Of a stretch of 64,000 nucleotides of DNA, positions 63,877-64,000 are shown piece by piece. The notes beneath the pieces are model-generated. The model searched no databases. It saw only the letters and a program-made list of their open reading frames with translations, and was not told the origin of the DNA. Position 1 is the first letter of the stretch. Each line of letters opens with the position of its first letter. The position numbers and the translations under genes are program-made. The DNA is from Tubulanus polymorphus (taxonomy: Eukaryota; Animalia; Nemertea): positions 14,384,001-14,448,000 of the forward strand of contig NC_134025.1 of NCBI RefSeq assembly GCF_964204645.1, written 5' to 3'.

Positions 63877-64000
63877 TCTCTGGCTTGTCCACTATTGGAA
63901 AAACATTTATGTGTTTTGTTAAATAAAATGATGCCGACTGACTGTACTGACTATGTACATGTAGTATGTTTAGATTGGTAATGATGTGTACATGTGTTTT

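Larger units (their letters stand above)
60909..64000 (+). mobile_element. hAT DNA transposon, apparently intact; right end is outside the window
   Basis: Starts CAGGGATGATAATTTTCCGCCGATCGGCGGATTTCCGCC at an abrupt base-composition switch, and encodes a transposase. Confidence 0.9.

Overview
AT-rich invertebrate (metazoan) nuclear DNA. The only host gene is the 3' end of a + strand M16C/insulinase-family metallopeptidase-like gene (C. elegans C05D11.1-like). It has five GT-AG exons in compatible phases: 6420-6656, 32286-32379, 41765-41925, 47187-47339 and 57032-57092. Its introns and downstream region are almost all mobile DNA, often nested. Retroelements: a complete but decayed BEL/Pao LTR element (205-bp LTRs, 5-bp TSD, tRNA-Phe PBS), a decayed Gypsy element split by an L2 LINE, and a Crack/L2-type LINE fragment. 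Rolling-circle elements: several non-autonomous Helentron-type (HINE/DINE-1-like) elements, including two ~5-kb paralogous copies and a subfamily carrying a captured LINE RT fragment, plus a decayed autonomous Helentron/Helitron with a herpes-tegument C76-like protease domain. Cut-and-paste elements: pogo, hAT, piggyBac-like, Kolobok-like and foldback elements, and an apparently intact intron-containing hAT transposase at the window end. A 404-bp hairpin lies next to an AT-rich virus/Polinton-like zinc-finger ORF. The most unusual signals are repeated TA->TAGGCCTA micro-insertions between paralogous copies, a tandem exon-intron-like array plus a tRNA-derived module inside the 5-kb Helentron, and the hairpin/viral-like segment. 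All calls come from reading the sequence by eye; family names rest on remembered motifs, not database searches.
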